A stretch of DNA of 64,000 nt from Epiperipatus broadwayi. Lineage: Eukaryota > Animalia > Onychophora. The first letter of the stretch is position 1. Each line of letters opens with the position of its first letter. The translations under genes were made by a program, and so were the position numbers. This document shows, piece after piece, positions 49,891-62,120 of the stretch. The notes under the pieces were generated by a model, which worked only from the letters and a program-made list of their open reading frames with translations, was not told where the DNA came from and made no database searches. The stretch spans positions 14,880,001-14,944,000 of the forward strand of contig JAQFVV010000006.1 in NCBI GenBank assembly GCA_028023455.1. The letters are read 5' to 3'.

Positions 49891-52249
49891 TTACATTTAT
49901 AAATCAATCTAACTTTGAGCAAAATCAGTTTTATTATTTTTTAAACGGTAATGAAATGTAAAAATTACAGTCCATAGGAGTGTATGGACAATAAACAATA
50001 TGGTAATAAACTTCAAAATATTGCTAAGTGAAACTTTTAGTGCAAAGGATCTTTAATGAAGAGTAACTATAATATATTTTAACAAACCTAACTGTATTTA
50101 CCAATAAAAATTGAAATATCTATCATTGATAAGGGCATTAGTATTGACCCTTACATTAACACCTCTTTTTACTTACACATCCGTTATAAATTGAAACATT
50201 AGTTCTTATTAAGAGGAATGCTATTGGTTCTGACATTAATGGAATTTTTTTAATTTATCATATGCTAAGGTTTTATTTTTCTTTTTGAAGTATAATTTTG
50301 GTGTTAGTTGGATTTAAATAAATAGCCCGTGTTCTTCTCGTGATGAAAAAATTTATAATTATATGTATTATTGTTTATAGCTCCATAGTAAAGTCAGTAT
50401 GCTGAATTATTCTAGTGTTTAAATTTGCTCATCTCATCTTAATATTTAGCATTATAAACCCATCAATCCAAGACATAAACCAATTATGCTTTATCATCAT
50501 TTCCAAACTTATTTATTAGAATTATTAATTAATCTATTTAAAGATAAAAGTCGTCAAAAACTCTGTATTATTTATTTGTAATATATGTTATATATTAATG
50601 TGATCTATAGTTTGACAAATCAATGGGTAGCCATTTTTCTTGTTTACTAAAATTAAATCAGAAAAATATTATATTATATTATATATACAAAAAAGATTTT
50701 TATCTTAAAAAGATAAATAGTATTTTCTGATATTAATGATTGTGGATTATTTAAATTAATCACAGCTGAAAATAAAATCTTATACAGTATATTAAGGATA
50801 TTAAATTAATCCATAGTTAATCCAGTTAACCATCTGCATTGGTCATAAAATTGATATTTAGCTATTATTAAATGAGAGAAAAAGCAATCTTAGTTGATTA
50901 GGTGGGTGTTAGAACACTGACTATAAAAATAAAATGATGGAGGGGGGTATCATACAGGTAGCTCTGCTGAGCCTGTGGTTTATCTTTAATTTTTAGCCTG
51001 TGTTTTAAGATCGTATACCTTAAGACACCTTACCAATGAAATTTCTGTTTCTTTATCTCTTTTCTTTTTAACACCATTCAAAAATTCAAATGGAAAATTG
51101 GCCAAAGACAAGTTTTGATTAATTGGTGAAGACTTTAGTAAAACTAGAATTGATGTTGGAATGATACGTATGGAATTGTCAAAAAAAAAAAAATTATTTA
51201 TCAGATATTTTGTTCTTTTTTAATTTTATTAGAACTTAATTATTTTTTTAAATTTTGTTTCTATACCACTAAAACATCACATAACCACCATTGATTTCTT
51301 CTACTATCCTTTGATTACTATGGCTTGCACTAGGTGGCACTATTGTATGGAGAGAGTTGCTACTGTTTTAATTTAGTTTCTGTAGTATGATAGTTAATAT
51401 GAATGTGTTACTCTCATGTATGGTTAATAGAGCTTTTAGTTTTTTTTATACAGAATATTAGCTGAAACTTATGTCCATGTTTAATACTTTTTTTATTCTC
51501 ATTTTATCAATTTTTAAGTATTTATTTTAACGACTAATAATAATAAGTAAATAGTTTATTTGAAAGATTTTGTAACACTTGAGTACTAGAAGACATACTT
51601 TATTGAACACAGCATTCTTTGCAAGTGGAGTCTTAGGATCATTAAACTTCATTCTTGTAATTCACTTAACATATGTAACTAAACAGAAGTCTAGTTGTTT
51701 TATTGTTTTCATTTTCATGCTTATGCATGAAACAATTATGTACAATAAAGATTCTGGTTGTTTTACAAGCTGCATTGAGCTCTCATTGTGTGGATTATTT
51801 AATATGGTTTTAGTGACAAGGCTTCAGCAGTAGAAGGCTTTTATCATTGAAGAATTTGTGGAGAAATCTTTACACCATTTAATGTGCAAAATTGATATCA
51901 ATTAAATTGTAAAATATGTTACCTATATTTGCAAACAAAGAAATTTTAAAAGGAGTGAAATTTATTTAAAATTAAAAAATACTGAGAGGGCTTTCAGCCT
52001 TTGCATGCTATAATTGCGGCCAGTATTAAAAATAATGCTGACTTGTAGAGATCTAACTATTTCTTGAAATTCTAAAACTGCTTTAATTGCATCTTATTGA
52101 ACTTTTATTAAAGGTCTTTCTTGAATTTGCTTTACATCGTGTTTCCTTTATTGTCTGTTTTTTTTTTTTTTTATATACTGCACTTACATTATTAGGGCTT
52201 AGTGCACAACCTTTTTTTATTCATGGTTTTTTTTAAAAAAATAATGCAT

Positions 52250-52400
52250 TTGAAGTCATTTTGTGAATGATTGTGGATGTGGATGTTTGACTCTTGTATT
52301 CAAATTCATTCTTGTTTCACCATAATATATTGATTGCCAGCCCGGATTCCCACATATTATCACATCCAAAATATCATCACCACAAACCTTCAGGCAAACA
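52250..52400 (-). mobile_element. Penelope GIY-YIG remnant
   Basis: Minus strand reads ICGNPGWQSIYYGETRMNLNTRVKH, homologous to the 56525 copy. Confidence 0.55.
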
Positions 52401-53708
52401 CTTAGGATATATTGTCTGTTTTTTTAAAAATAAAATTATTAACATTAAATTAAAATCTCCAATCATTTTTTTCTTGAGAGCAATCTTTATAAAGAGCATC
52501 AGAAAATATAAACTTGTCTATACTAGCCATTTCGAATGAAACATCATTTCAGGTAATCCAGATACATATTACAACTCAAATTACTCTGCCACTTGTATTA
52601 ATATCTATACAATATTATTTGAATACTTTGAATTTGATAGATATTTTTATAAATTAAATCAATTTAGATTTTTTCAACACAGTGATATAATATTACATCA
52701 TTATATGTAAAATGAGAAAAAATAAAGTGATCGTGTGACTTAAATTTAGGTTTTATCCAAATGAATTCACCATATAATAGACAAAAGCTTTCTAGTTGTA
52801 ATTCTTATTTTTAATTTTATTTTTTTACCATTTTTTAATACAGAAATAATACAGTGAAACCATGAGATATATACTGCATCAATGTACACTTTTTCAATGA
52901 TATGCTATCCAACATAAAAAAAAAAAGGAATGCAACAAAAAATATATATTAAAATTTGAACACTCTACTCAATCACATTTATTAATAACATTTCTTCATC
53001 TTATGTTGAAACCATTTATTTTTATTATTCTTTCCAAATTTGACATACAGCATTTCGGGTAATAAATATTTTGTAAGCAATGCTAAAAGTTTTATGAAAT
53101 TCAAAAACATTCTTAAATTCAATATGGACTTAAAAACATCAAAACAACTAGAGTGAGTAAAGTCTATTGGAAATGAAACTATTATTAGATTTCAATAGGA
53201 AAAAAAAAAGTTATTGAAGAAAAAGAATATCATCTAAAGCATATTTAATTGCAATGAAAGCAGACATTTTACCATTCATTTTATTTAAAGAAAATAAAGA
53301 TACAGCAAAATAATGTTTTTGAATGAATGAATGAATGAATGAACACTCATGTAGTAAATATATATGTAAATGTTCCCCATTTATCATTAATAACTGTCTA
53401 ATTTTGTTTATACTGCAGTTTTAATTTATACATGCATGTCATACATATAAAAATGTCTTTGTGTCATATGTGTACATGTTAAACACTCACAGTTCAATAA
53501 ACAATCCATATTCTACTGTAATCAAAGCTTATCAGTAAAACAAGAGCTATTATCTGATGTATTGCAATACAATATAGAGAATATCATGACTCCATGTATC
53601 AAAACAGGCAAAACTCTATACATGTTGCCACTAGTGCAAGCCAGAGTAATCAATGGATGCCAGAAGGCTTGTGCATAAAATCCCCATCTAGTGCCTACTT
53701 ATCCAATA

Positions 53709-53751
53709 TCCCCAGACTAGTTTCTGGCTTGTGGCCTTCGTCAGTGAGGAG
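53709..53751 (-). ncRNA. Type I hammerhead motif, family A, intact core
   Basis: Same core as 47657, inside a short head-to-head A insertion at about 53600-53805. Confidence 0.8.
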
Positions 53752-54814
53752 CCTTGGAATGCACTGAGTGGCAATATGTATAGAGAGTTTTGCCTGTTTT
53801 AATAACAGTTATAAGCAAGCATATATTTTAAAGTTTTTATTATAGGGATCAGTTTTAGAGTAAAATAAAAAATGCAAACAAATTTATATCTTAACAAATT
53901 CTTAGATATCTAGAAATCATTTCTTGGTGTTATATATATATATATATATTTGTAGCTCTTATTGAAAACTAAAATTACATCTTTAAAAGTGTAAACAAAC
54001 TCAAGCTAATGTCATAAAAAAAGTCACAGTTCTTAGAAATTGCCATTCAGTATGTCTCCTTTTTCATTTGGAATTATTTTTTGTTAGCAACAAATAGATA
54101 ATGAGGAGGCAATGATCCAGATGTTAAGGTGACATAGATAGCTGATGCTCTGCAAGAAATAAAGATTCTAAAATGTCTTGAACATTCAAGTGCTATGTTA
54201 GATAATCGCATTCATCATGGAGTTTGCAATTGTTGATAGTTTCATAGTTTTTTATTTTTCTTTTTAATCACAACATTAGATAGACATTCTAACTGCTTTT
54301 CAAACCCATGACTACAATTATGCATATGCAGAAGAATAATTAAGAAAACAAAACACTATGGAATTTTCACTGCTAAAAGTTGCAAGTAAATAGGAAATTG
54401 AACTAAATTAGTAATTTCCACCTTACAAAATGTGACAGACTTATATTGCTCTAGATTTCATTGTAATATTTGCATTGGTTATACAAAATTTAATGAGGAA
54501 GCAATTATGGCACAATCCATTCACTTATTGTAACAACTCACTGCGTGTATCTTTGCTGGACTGTGCATGTAAAATGAATGAACAATGATAAATTTCCCTA
54601 AAAGGGTATTTTATGGTGAGTTTGAGCATGGTTTTCATAGGAGAGGTAGATTCTGTCTACTTATAAGTATTATCTTATTATTTTTTGTTAGCTACCAACT
54701 TAGACCTATGTAAATTGGAAGGTTGATTAAAAAAAGGAAATAAACATTTAAATTATTCTAATAATTTGTGCTTAATTTTGATCAAATCTTTTTTTATATT
54801 CGTTAATAAACTAC

Positions 54815-55495
54815 ATACTCATGACCTAATTTAACGTTCTTGTATTACAAATATTATCTAATGAGCCTGCCAATCGCTCTTAACAAGCTTTTCAGAATAT
54901 TCCCAACCCAGACTGTTTCTGTTTCTGGCTTCCTCAGTGAAGTGCTAGGATATTCAAACCTTAGATTTAAATTGCCAGGTCAAGTCCAGCACTTTATCTA
55001 ATAGTTAACTATTAAGTAGAAAATCTCATTTCAGACATCCATATGTCTTTATATCCAGCTATCTAACTTAAATAGCCATATAGGATAGAACTAAGTTCAG
55101 ATACACCATATATTAATAGCTTTAGCAATATAAAATTGCCAAAGCCTTAATAGCAAAAAATACAATGGCAAAGAAATCAAGTCATATATCACATGATCTA
55201 CTTTAACAAGCTTGTATTACAAATGTTATCTAATGAGCTTGTCATAGCTCTTAACAAGCTTTTCAGAATATGCCCAACCCCAGACTGGTTTCTGCTTTTG
55301 GCTTCCTCAGTGAGGTGCTGGGATATTCAAGCCTTAGATTTAAAATACCAAGTCAAGCCCAGCAAATCTAATGCTCGAATATCCTAGCACCTCACTGAGG
55401 AAGCTAGAAGCAGAAACAGGTCTGGGATTGAGGATATTCTGAAAAAGCTTGTTAACAGCTATTGGCAAGCTCATTAGATAATAATTGTTAAACTG
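54815..55495. repeat. Family B: minus 1.5-mer (period 372) joined head-to-head to a short plus copy; three HHR motifs
   Basis: tgtattacaa at 54841 and 55213. HHRs at 54903-54945 (-), 55277-55317 (-) and 55388-55428 (+): CACCUCA CUGAGGA A GC YARAA GC A GAAAC NN GUC UGGG. Confidence 0.85.
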
Positions 55496-55600
55496 GTATT
55501 GTTTAAATTTATTTATTTTTTAATTAATAATCTTTTTAAAGCAAAAAGTACAAGAATAGTTTTTAGGTTTTTTTTTTTCAATTATAACTGCAATGCTGTC

Positions 55601-55706
55601 TTTTTTTTTTAAGTGTCATAGCATCGGCTGGGACGCGAACCCGCAACCTGGGCAACTGCCTGCAAGTGCAAGGCAGTCGCGCTGACCTCTCGACCACCAA
55701 TGCAAG
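55601..55706 (-). mobile_element. tRNA-Gly-derived SINE with TSD
   Basis: GCATTGGTGGTCGAGAGGTCAGCGCG...GGGTTCGCGTCCC, tail tgacacttaaaaaaaaaa. TSD actgcaatgctgtc(ttt) at 55587 and 55707. Confidence 0.85.
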
Positions 55707-56524
55707 ACTGCAATGCTGTCTTTAATTGACTAATGTTCAAATACCTAACATATCTGAATCCAAAAAGAATCAAGAAGCAAGGATTTTAGAATAATAATAT
55801 TCAACTTTTATATTTTAGAATTCTTTAGTAAGCTCCAATGTTTATAACTAGACTAAAAAATAAAACTCGTTACTTTCTTAACTCGTTATTTTCTTTGTTA
55901 TAATCTTTCATAATTATTAAATTAATAGGAGTCAATAAATAAATGGGAACCATTTTGTATCATTGCTTACATCCTTGCAAATATATATTTATGAAAAAAT
56001 TAAATACTATTACTGAAATTAATAACTTGCTTTTACAACTGATAATTGCGATCTATTAAAAACAAGATAATCTTAGTATTAACATAAAATATATACTGTA
56101 TATAAAAGCGAAAGTATAATATAAAGTGATCTTTAAATAGCCTACTGGCGGGAGGGGGAGATGTTTCTCCAACAGATTCCAATATGGGTGTTGGTTATAC
56201 TCGCAAGACTTGCTAGCACCTGGTGGACAGAGTTTGTTAGCTTTCCTCTTTATTTTAGCCTCTTAGTAAAAATAGCTCGATATCCAGTTACTGATTAAAT
56301 ATTGGATGATCAGATAGTTTGACTATGGATCAATTTTCTGATAAAGCATTAGAATCCATACATTTTTCAATTTTTTTCCTGGCCTGGATCCGAATCTAAA
56401 TGATAGAGAGGCAAACTGATGCCCTACCATTATGTCACAAGGCCTTTGATAAGTTATATATGTATAATTTAATTAATAAATATATATATATATATATGTG
56501 TGTGCGCGTCTGCACACGAATTAT

Positions 56525-56960
56525 TTACATATACAAAATGATCTGTCCACAAGCCAACTGCCAAGTTGCATACTATGGGGAGACCCGGGCCAACATAGCC
56601 AATAGAGTAGCACAACACAAATATATCTACAATAAAACCAAGCAAGAAGGTAACTCCTTCTGCGAACACGAAAGAGTATCAGGCCATAAATTTGAACCCA
56701 CAACTGCCAGCATCATATGCTCTGAAAGACATGACGCCCGACGCAAAATTAGAGGCTTATTACATAGCTAACGACCCCAGGTCCATCAATAGGAAAGAAG
56801 TATGCTTTGCTCTGTCTCGGTAAGGGCAATTATAACTCATTTGCATAAATTCCATTTCCATTTCTACAACGCAGTTATAACAACAATAACTATGAGTATG
56901 AGAGCCAGTGGTCTCTTGAAAGCGGTCAGCTCTTTAATTTAATAGCTTTAAATTTTAATA
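56525..56960 (+). mobile_element. Penelope-like 3' fragment (GIY-YIG plus 3' UTR)
   Basis: IYKMICPQANCQVAYYGETRANIANRVAQH...FCEHERVSGHKF...RRKIR(fs)AYYI...INRK. An eroded HHR-like tail (gaaagcggtcagctc) lies near 56915. Confidence 0.8.
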
Positions 56961-59900
56961 AATTAAAAAAAAAAAAAGTCGCTTTATTCTAGCTTCATTA
57001 TCTGTGTAAACAGCGCATATATATATTAGTTTACATATACAATACAATAGCTGCTTAAAGAGGAGGGGAAATCTCATTAATTTTTTTAAATAGTTTTTTA
57101 AATTCTTAATTAAACGTTCTTAAATCATCCATGAATTCAGAATATGTATATATTTGTATGTATGACCCCCCCCCTACTTTTTTTTTTTTAAAAAAAAACC
57201 AACTTTGCTATAAATAATAATAATAATAGTTTAATTTTACATTCTAATGAATAACTTGCTGTTTTACTGATTGGGTCATATAACTGAATTAGGCCAGATT
57301 ATTTGAGCTAATATGAGGTTATTCACCTCTGCCTGCGTAGTTTCTTAATATGTTCATAAATGCGCGTACTATTCATTTTAATACAACTAAAGAAATTGGT
57401 TTTTTAAGGCTTTATATTTTTTAAACTCATTGATTGAAATATCATCTAACAATATAAATACATGTTTTTCATCCTGGAAAAAACTAGAAGGGGAAAGTCC
57501 ATAAAAATAATTTTAATTATTTTAGTACTAATGGCGTATAATTAATTTTTATTATTATACGCTGTGCGTCCGATTTAGGATGAGAGGTTTCTGGTTCGAT
57601 TCTGGCGCTTCCCGAGCAATAAAGCCATGTGTCTTTCTTTCTATTATTATTATCTACTGAAGAGTAAATTATACCTTGAATAAACTTACGTAACGTTAAC
57701 AAATTTATTTCTATAAATCAGAGATCATTTTATTCATTTTTTTACCATGTTAAGTTGAAAATGAATAAATTAACAAATAAGAAAAGTTATATTTCCGCCT
57801 TGTTTTTTTTTTTTTTTAAGAGTTATCAAAATAGAAATTAAGGGTATTAATCTACGAAGGATACGTAATGGGAATTATTAGAAGGGCATTTAAAATGACG
57901 TGTTGAGAACTAAAACCGAGGAATACATATTTGCTTTTTTTCTCATGATGAAAGTTTATTCATAAAAAAAAAAAAAAAACAGATACAAATATAGTTAGAA
58001 AAAGGTTTACAAGGGAGTGATTATTTGATAAATTGAAATTTCAGAAGCAACAGGTAAGAGGGGAAAGATACATGTGAAAAAGGAATGGGAAGTGGAAAGG
58101 GGAAACAGTGTGTAGTCCAGGCCAGTCCGAGCTGCATGTTTTCATTGGACAAGCACTGCATGGGTCACAAACTTTGAATGATTGAGTCCTATGACAGAGG
58201 CTGAGAGGATGGGAGTTGGAGGATTGCCCAAGTGTCTGTAAGGGTGGGGCTAGTTTGGTATCTCTGGTTTTGAGAGAGTGAATTAGGTCCAATAGCTTTT
58301 GATTCGCTGATTGGACTCTGGGCAAAAATAATGGCACATCAGAGCAACCAGAGTGCATAGATGAGGAAATCTGATAATCTAATAGTTGCAAAGACCCCTG
58401 TTTCTATGAATTCTTGGAGGTTGAAGATGGTATTCCTGTGCAAGGAAAGGCAGGAGTTGATGGCATGTCTCACTCCAACTTACTTTTAGCTTAATTTTTC
58501 TTTCCAAAATTTACAAATCATGTATACATTTTTAAAATAGTATTACAGTTAGTTCTTTAAAGTAGTATTATAGTTAGTTTGTGTTAAGTTTACTATTCTA
58601 AGACAAGTAGAGCAACTAGATATGGAAATATTATAACCGAAACTAATCATCATTGATGGTGTCTCACCATTGATTGCCATTTTCATAAGACAATTTTTTT
58701 GTATATCTCAGTTCTAGGACTACATCACAAACTTTAGTAAATCCTTATATACCATTAAGATGTGCAAATATTTATATTACTATAATGGTCAAATATCCAA
58801 TACAATTTATTTGTCCATAATGTCACAAATACATATATAAATAATCAATCAAAACAAGATTGAAAAAACAATTATTAATAACTATATTATAATATTTTTC
58901 AAACTAGCTTTCATCTCCATTGAGACATTCTCAAAATATTATAATATATAATAACATGTTGAAAAGATTTCAGTGGAGATGAAAGCTGGGTTGATAAATA
59001 TTATAGTTATTAATAGTTGTTTATTTCAATCTTGTTTTGATTGATTATTTATTTATTTAAATATGTATATACCAACACAAATGTATTGAAATTATAAGTA
59101 TATTTTTTGCAAACACATTTATTTATTGTTAATTTTATATTGTTGTCTATATTTGTATAATCACCATACAAGTTAGATTCTTTGATTTTTTTAAAGTGAA
59201 TAATGAAATCAATTCAAAAGAAAATTTACATGTATCTGTTTAACAATGATTAATCTAGAAATAAGGACTTTTGAAAGGTGTTACGAGTATATGATCAAGT
59301 ATTATCCTGCAAGAAAATGACTTCAGATTTCCTTATAGGACAGCAACCATTTGAGCTGTTGTTTTATATGCATACCATTTGGTTATCATTGTTTATCAGT
59401 GATATGAATTAAAGGATAACTTTTCTTATAAAGTATCTGAAGGAAAGCAGAATGCTTCTCAAATCTAGCTCACTGTTACCAGTAGTTGTAATGTTGACTT
59501 AGCAAAATTGTGAATTATGTCTCAGTGTGATTTGGTACAAGTATTGCCATCATGAAACTTCTATGATGGTCAATAATAGTGACCATAGACACTTCAAGGA
59601 GTTCAGATAATCTGCCATTGCCAATATTTGTTCAGAATTTGCTTCATGATAACAATGTCTCTTGCCATTGTTAACATTCATAAAGTGTACAGGCTTTTAT
59701 ATCCAGTTTATCTTCAACTTGGCTTGAACATATTCTTATCACATAACTTTGTCAACAATATCTCTATTTTTTCCCACCTATCTTTTTTTATTTTTAAACA
59801 TCTACAATGGTTTTATCATTTCCAAAATTGTCTATTCTTCATAGATTTGAGAAAATCTCATCTCTTTGTGTAGAATATGGTGCCATTTTACTTTAATATT

Positions 59901-60714
59901 GTTACTTCTTTTCTTAATTCACACTATTGTTTTGTGAAACCATGGCATTCTTTGTTCTTATCATTAAAACAACTTTCAGTATTAAAATGATTATTTATAC
60001 TTTTTGAGTTTGGTATTCACTTCGATGACTTTTCTCATTATTTCATAACTAGTTTTTGTTTTTTTCATTTTCTGAGTCAATGCATATTTTTCATCTCATT
60101 GTGTCCTGCATGCTTTAAAGAAATGAAAAAGTGATGGGCTCAAGCCCATGGATCATAGGTCAGTTATTTATACTTTTTGTGAGTTTGCATACTTTATAAT
60201 TTTGAGATTCTTCAGTAGCTTTCATTTCTATTTGACAGTTGACTTTGGTTTGTCCAGTTTTGATTCAATGCATATCTTACATGTTATTAGCAGTTACTCT
60301 TTGTCATACTCTGTATGGTAAAAGAGCAATCTGTAGAGCTCATGGCCCATGGATCATTGGTTGGGATTCATGTAATTTTCATGTGAATTTCAAGCAATGA
60401 AATATTCTATTTTATTGTTATTTTTACTTCCTGTGATGAGTCTTTTTAACTCTTTATATATTTTTTTATTAATCAAAGCCATACTTTATATTTTAATCAA
60501 AGATATAAAATAAAACAAGAAAGTAATGGTTTAAATTGTTAGTATTGCTGAATACAAAAATTATTTGTTTTTCAGAATTATTTTAAAATGCTAGTGATTT
60601 AACATCATGTTTGCATTATTGTTATGTTTTTATTTAGCATCTTTACAGATCTGCAATTTCTCTTATTTCTGATTCCACTTGTTGGTATGTAATTCTGAAT
60701 TATACTTTCCTAAG

Positions 60715-61475
60715 TCACTAAACATCACATGATCACCATTTCTAACATTTGCTCATAACTGTTATTAAAACAAGCAAAACTCCATACAGTAGTGCCATTC
60801 AGTATAAGACAGAGTAATCAATGGATGCCAGAAGGCTTGTGCATAAAATCCCTGTCTAGTGCCTACTCATCCAATCTAGCTTGTGGCCTTCATCTGCAAG
60901 GAGCCTTGGATCTGAGAGCAATGTACTAGGATCTAATACAACTCTCCAGCAGCCACCTTTTATCTCTACTTAACTACAAAACTATGAGAATAAAATTGAA
61001 AACACAATATTTTTTCAATCCAAGCTCATTAGCTTATATAGTTATATATATTTAATAATAATGATCATGTGATGTTTACTGGTGTAATACCAATCCTTTC
61101 TAATAGGATAGTGATGTTATGGTTATTAAAAAACCAAAGACACCAAAATATATGAGTACTGAACTGAGTTCAGACCTATATAAGCTAATGAGCTTGGATT
61201 GAAAATATTATTTTCAATTTTATTCTCATAGTTTTGTAGTTAAGTAGAGATAAGAGGTGGCTGCTGGAGGCTTGCATTAGATCCTAAGATCTAGGTGCAG
61301 TGCTCTCAGATCCAAGGCTAATCACTGACTAAAGCCACAAGCTAGAAACTAGTCTGTAGGTACAGGATGAATAGGCACTAGATAGGGATTTTATGCACAA
61401 GCCTTTTGGCATCCATTATTTACTCTGGCTTGCACTGACTGGCACTACTATATGGAGAGTTTTTGCCTGTTTTAA
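60715..61475. repeat. Family A head-to-head pair with decayed hammerheads
   Basis: Minus unit with a deleted core at about 60868. Plus unit with CUGACUA AAGC CACAA GCU A GAAAC UA GUC at about 61325. Confidence 0.8.
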
Positions 61476-62077
61476 TCGTTCTAATTCTTTTGTGATCAAT
61501 AGCCATAATGTCGATTGTTGTTGTTCTATCTGTCGTTTATTTTGAATCTCATTTTACATGTATATTATTGCTCTAATTTTGATTACATGTTCAATTTGAA
61601 AATCAATCGGCTCTTTAACTTTCGTTTTAAGTTTTATTTGAAAGTAACTCTACAGTTGTAGATGTCCGAATATAAAGTTGTTAAATAGCTACCTACAACT
61701 GAGTTTAACGTTTCTTTTCACCTTTTACTTTTAAATGCTAATTGCTACTTCGGTTGACAACTTTACATTTTAGAAAAACGAGTTGTAGTTATATATATAT
61801 GAATATATACTTGTAAATAATAAATAACTTTAGATTATATGTAACTGAACAGGAAGTAATTAATCGGAAGCTTCAATTACTTTCCTGTTCGGTTATAAAT
61901 ATATATATTTGTAAAAGTAAATTTATAATATTTTAAATACAAGTATATTTTATATACGTAGTGTCTATATGTAGTACAGATGGTTTGAACACAGACCTTC
62001 AAACTCCCTTCAGCCTTTCACTCTTATTATATACAACCGATATACATAACCAGACACGTGAAAAAGATAAATGATCT

Positions 62078-62120
62078 CCAATATACATATTTCATGCTGA
62101 ACCAGCACTCCTCAGTTGGC
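62078..62120 (-). ncRNA. Canonical type I hammerhead, family D-prime, intact core
   Basis: Minus strand: AUGAUCU GGG CCAA CUGAGGA GUGC UGGUUUCA GCAU GAAAU AUGU AUA UUGG AGAUCAU. Inside a head-to-head insertion at about 61981-62295. Confidence 0.85.

Noticed and set aside
51540-52150. Long nearly open minus-strand frames
   Set aside because: They contain stops, have no recognisable motif, and lie next to a PLE remnant.
54138-54236. Possible last STK36 exon (IADALQEIKILKCLEHSSAMLDNRIHHGVCNC*)
   Set aside because: The acceptor lacks a pyrimidine tract and similarity is vague. I could not find the intervening LLEMAC-like exon needed to connect it.
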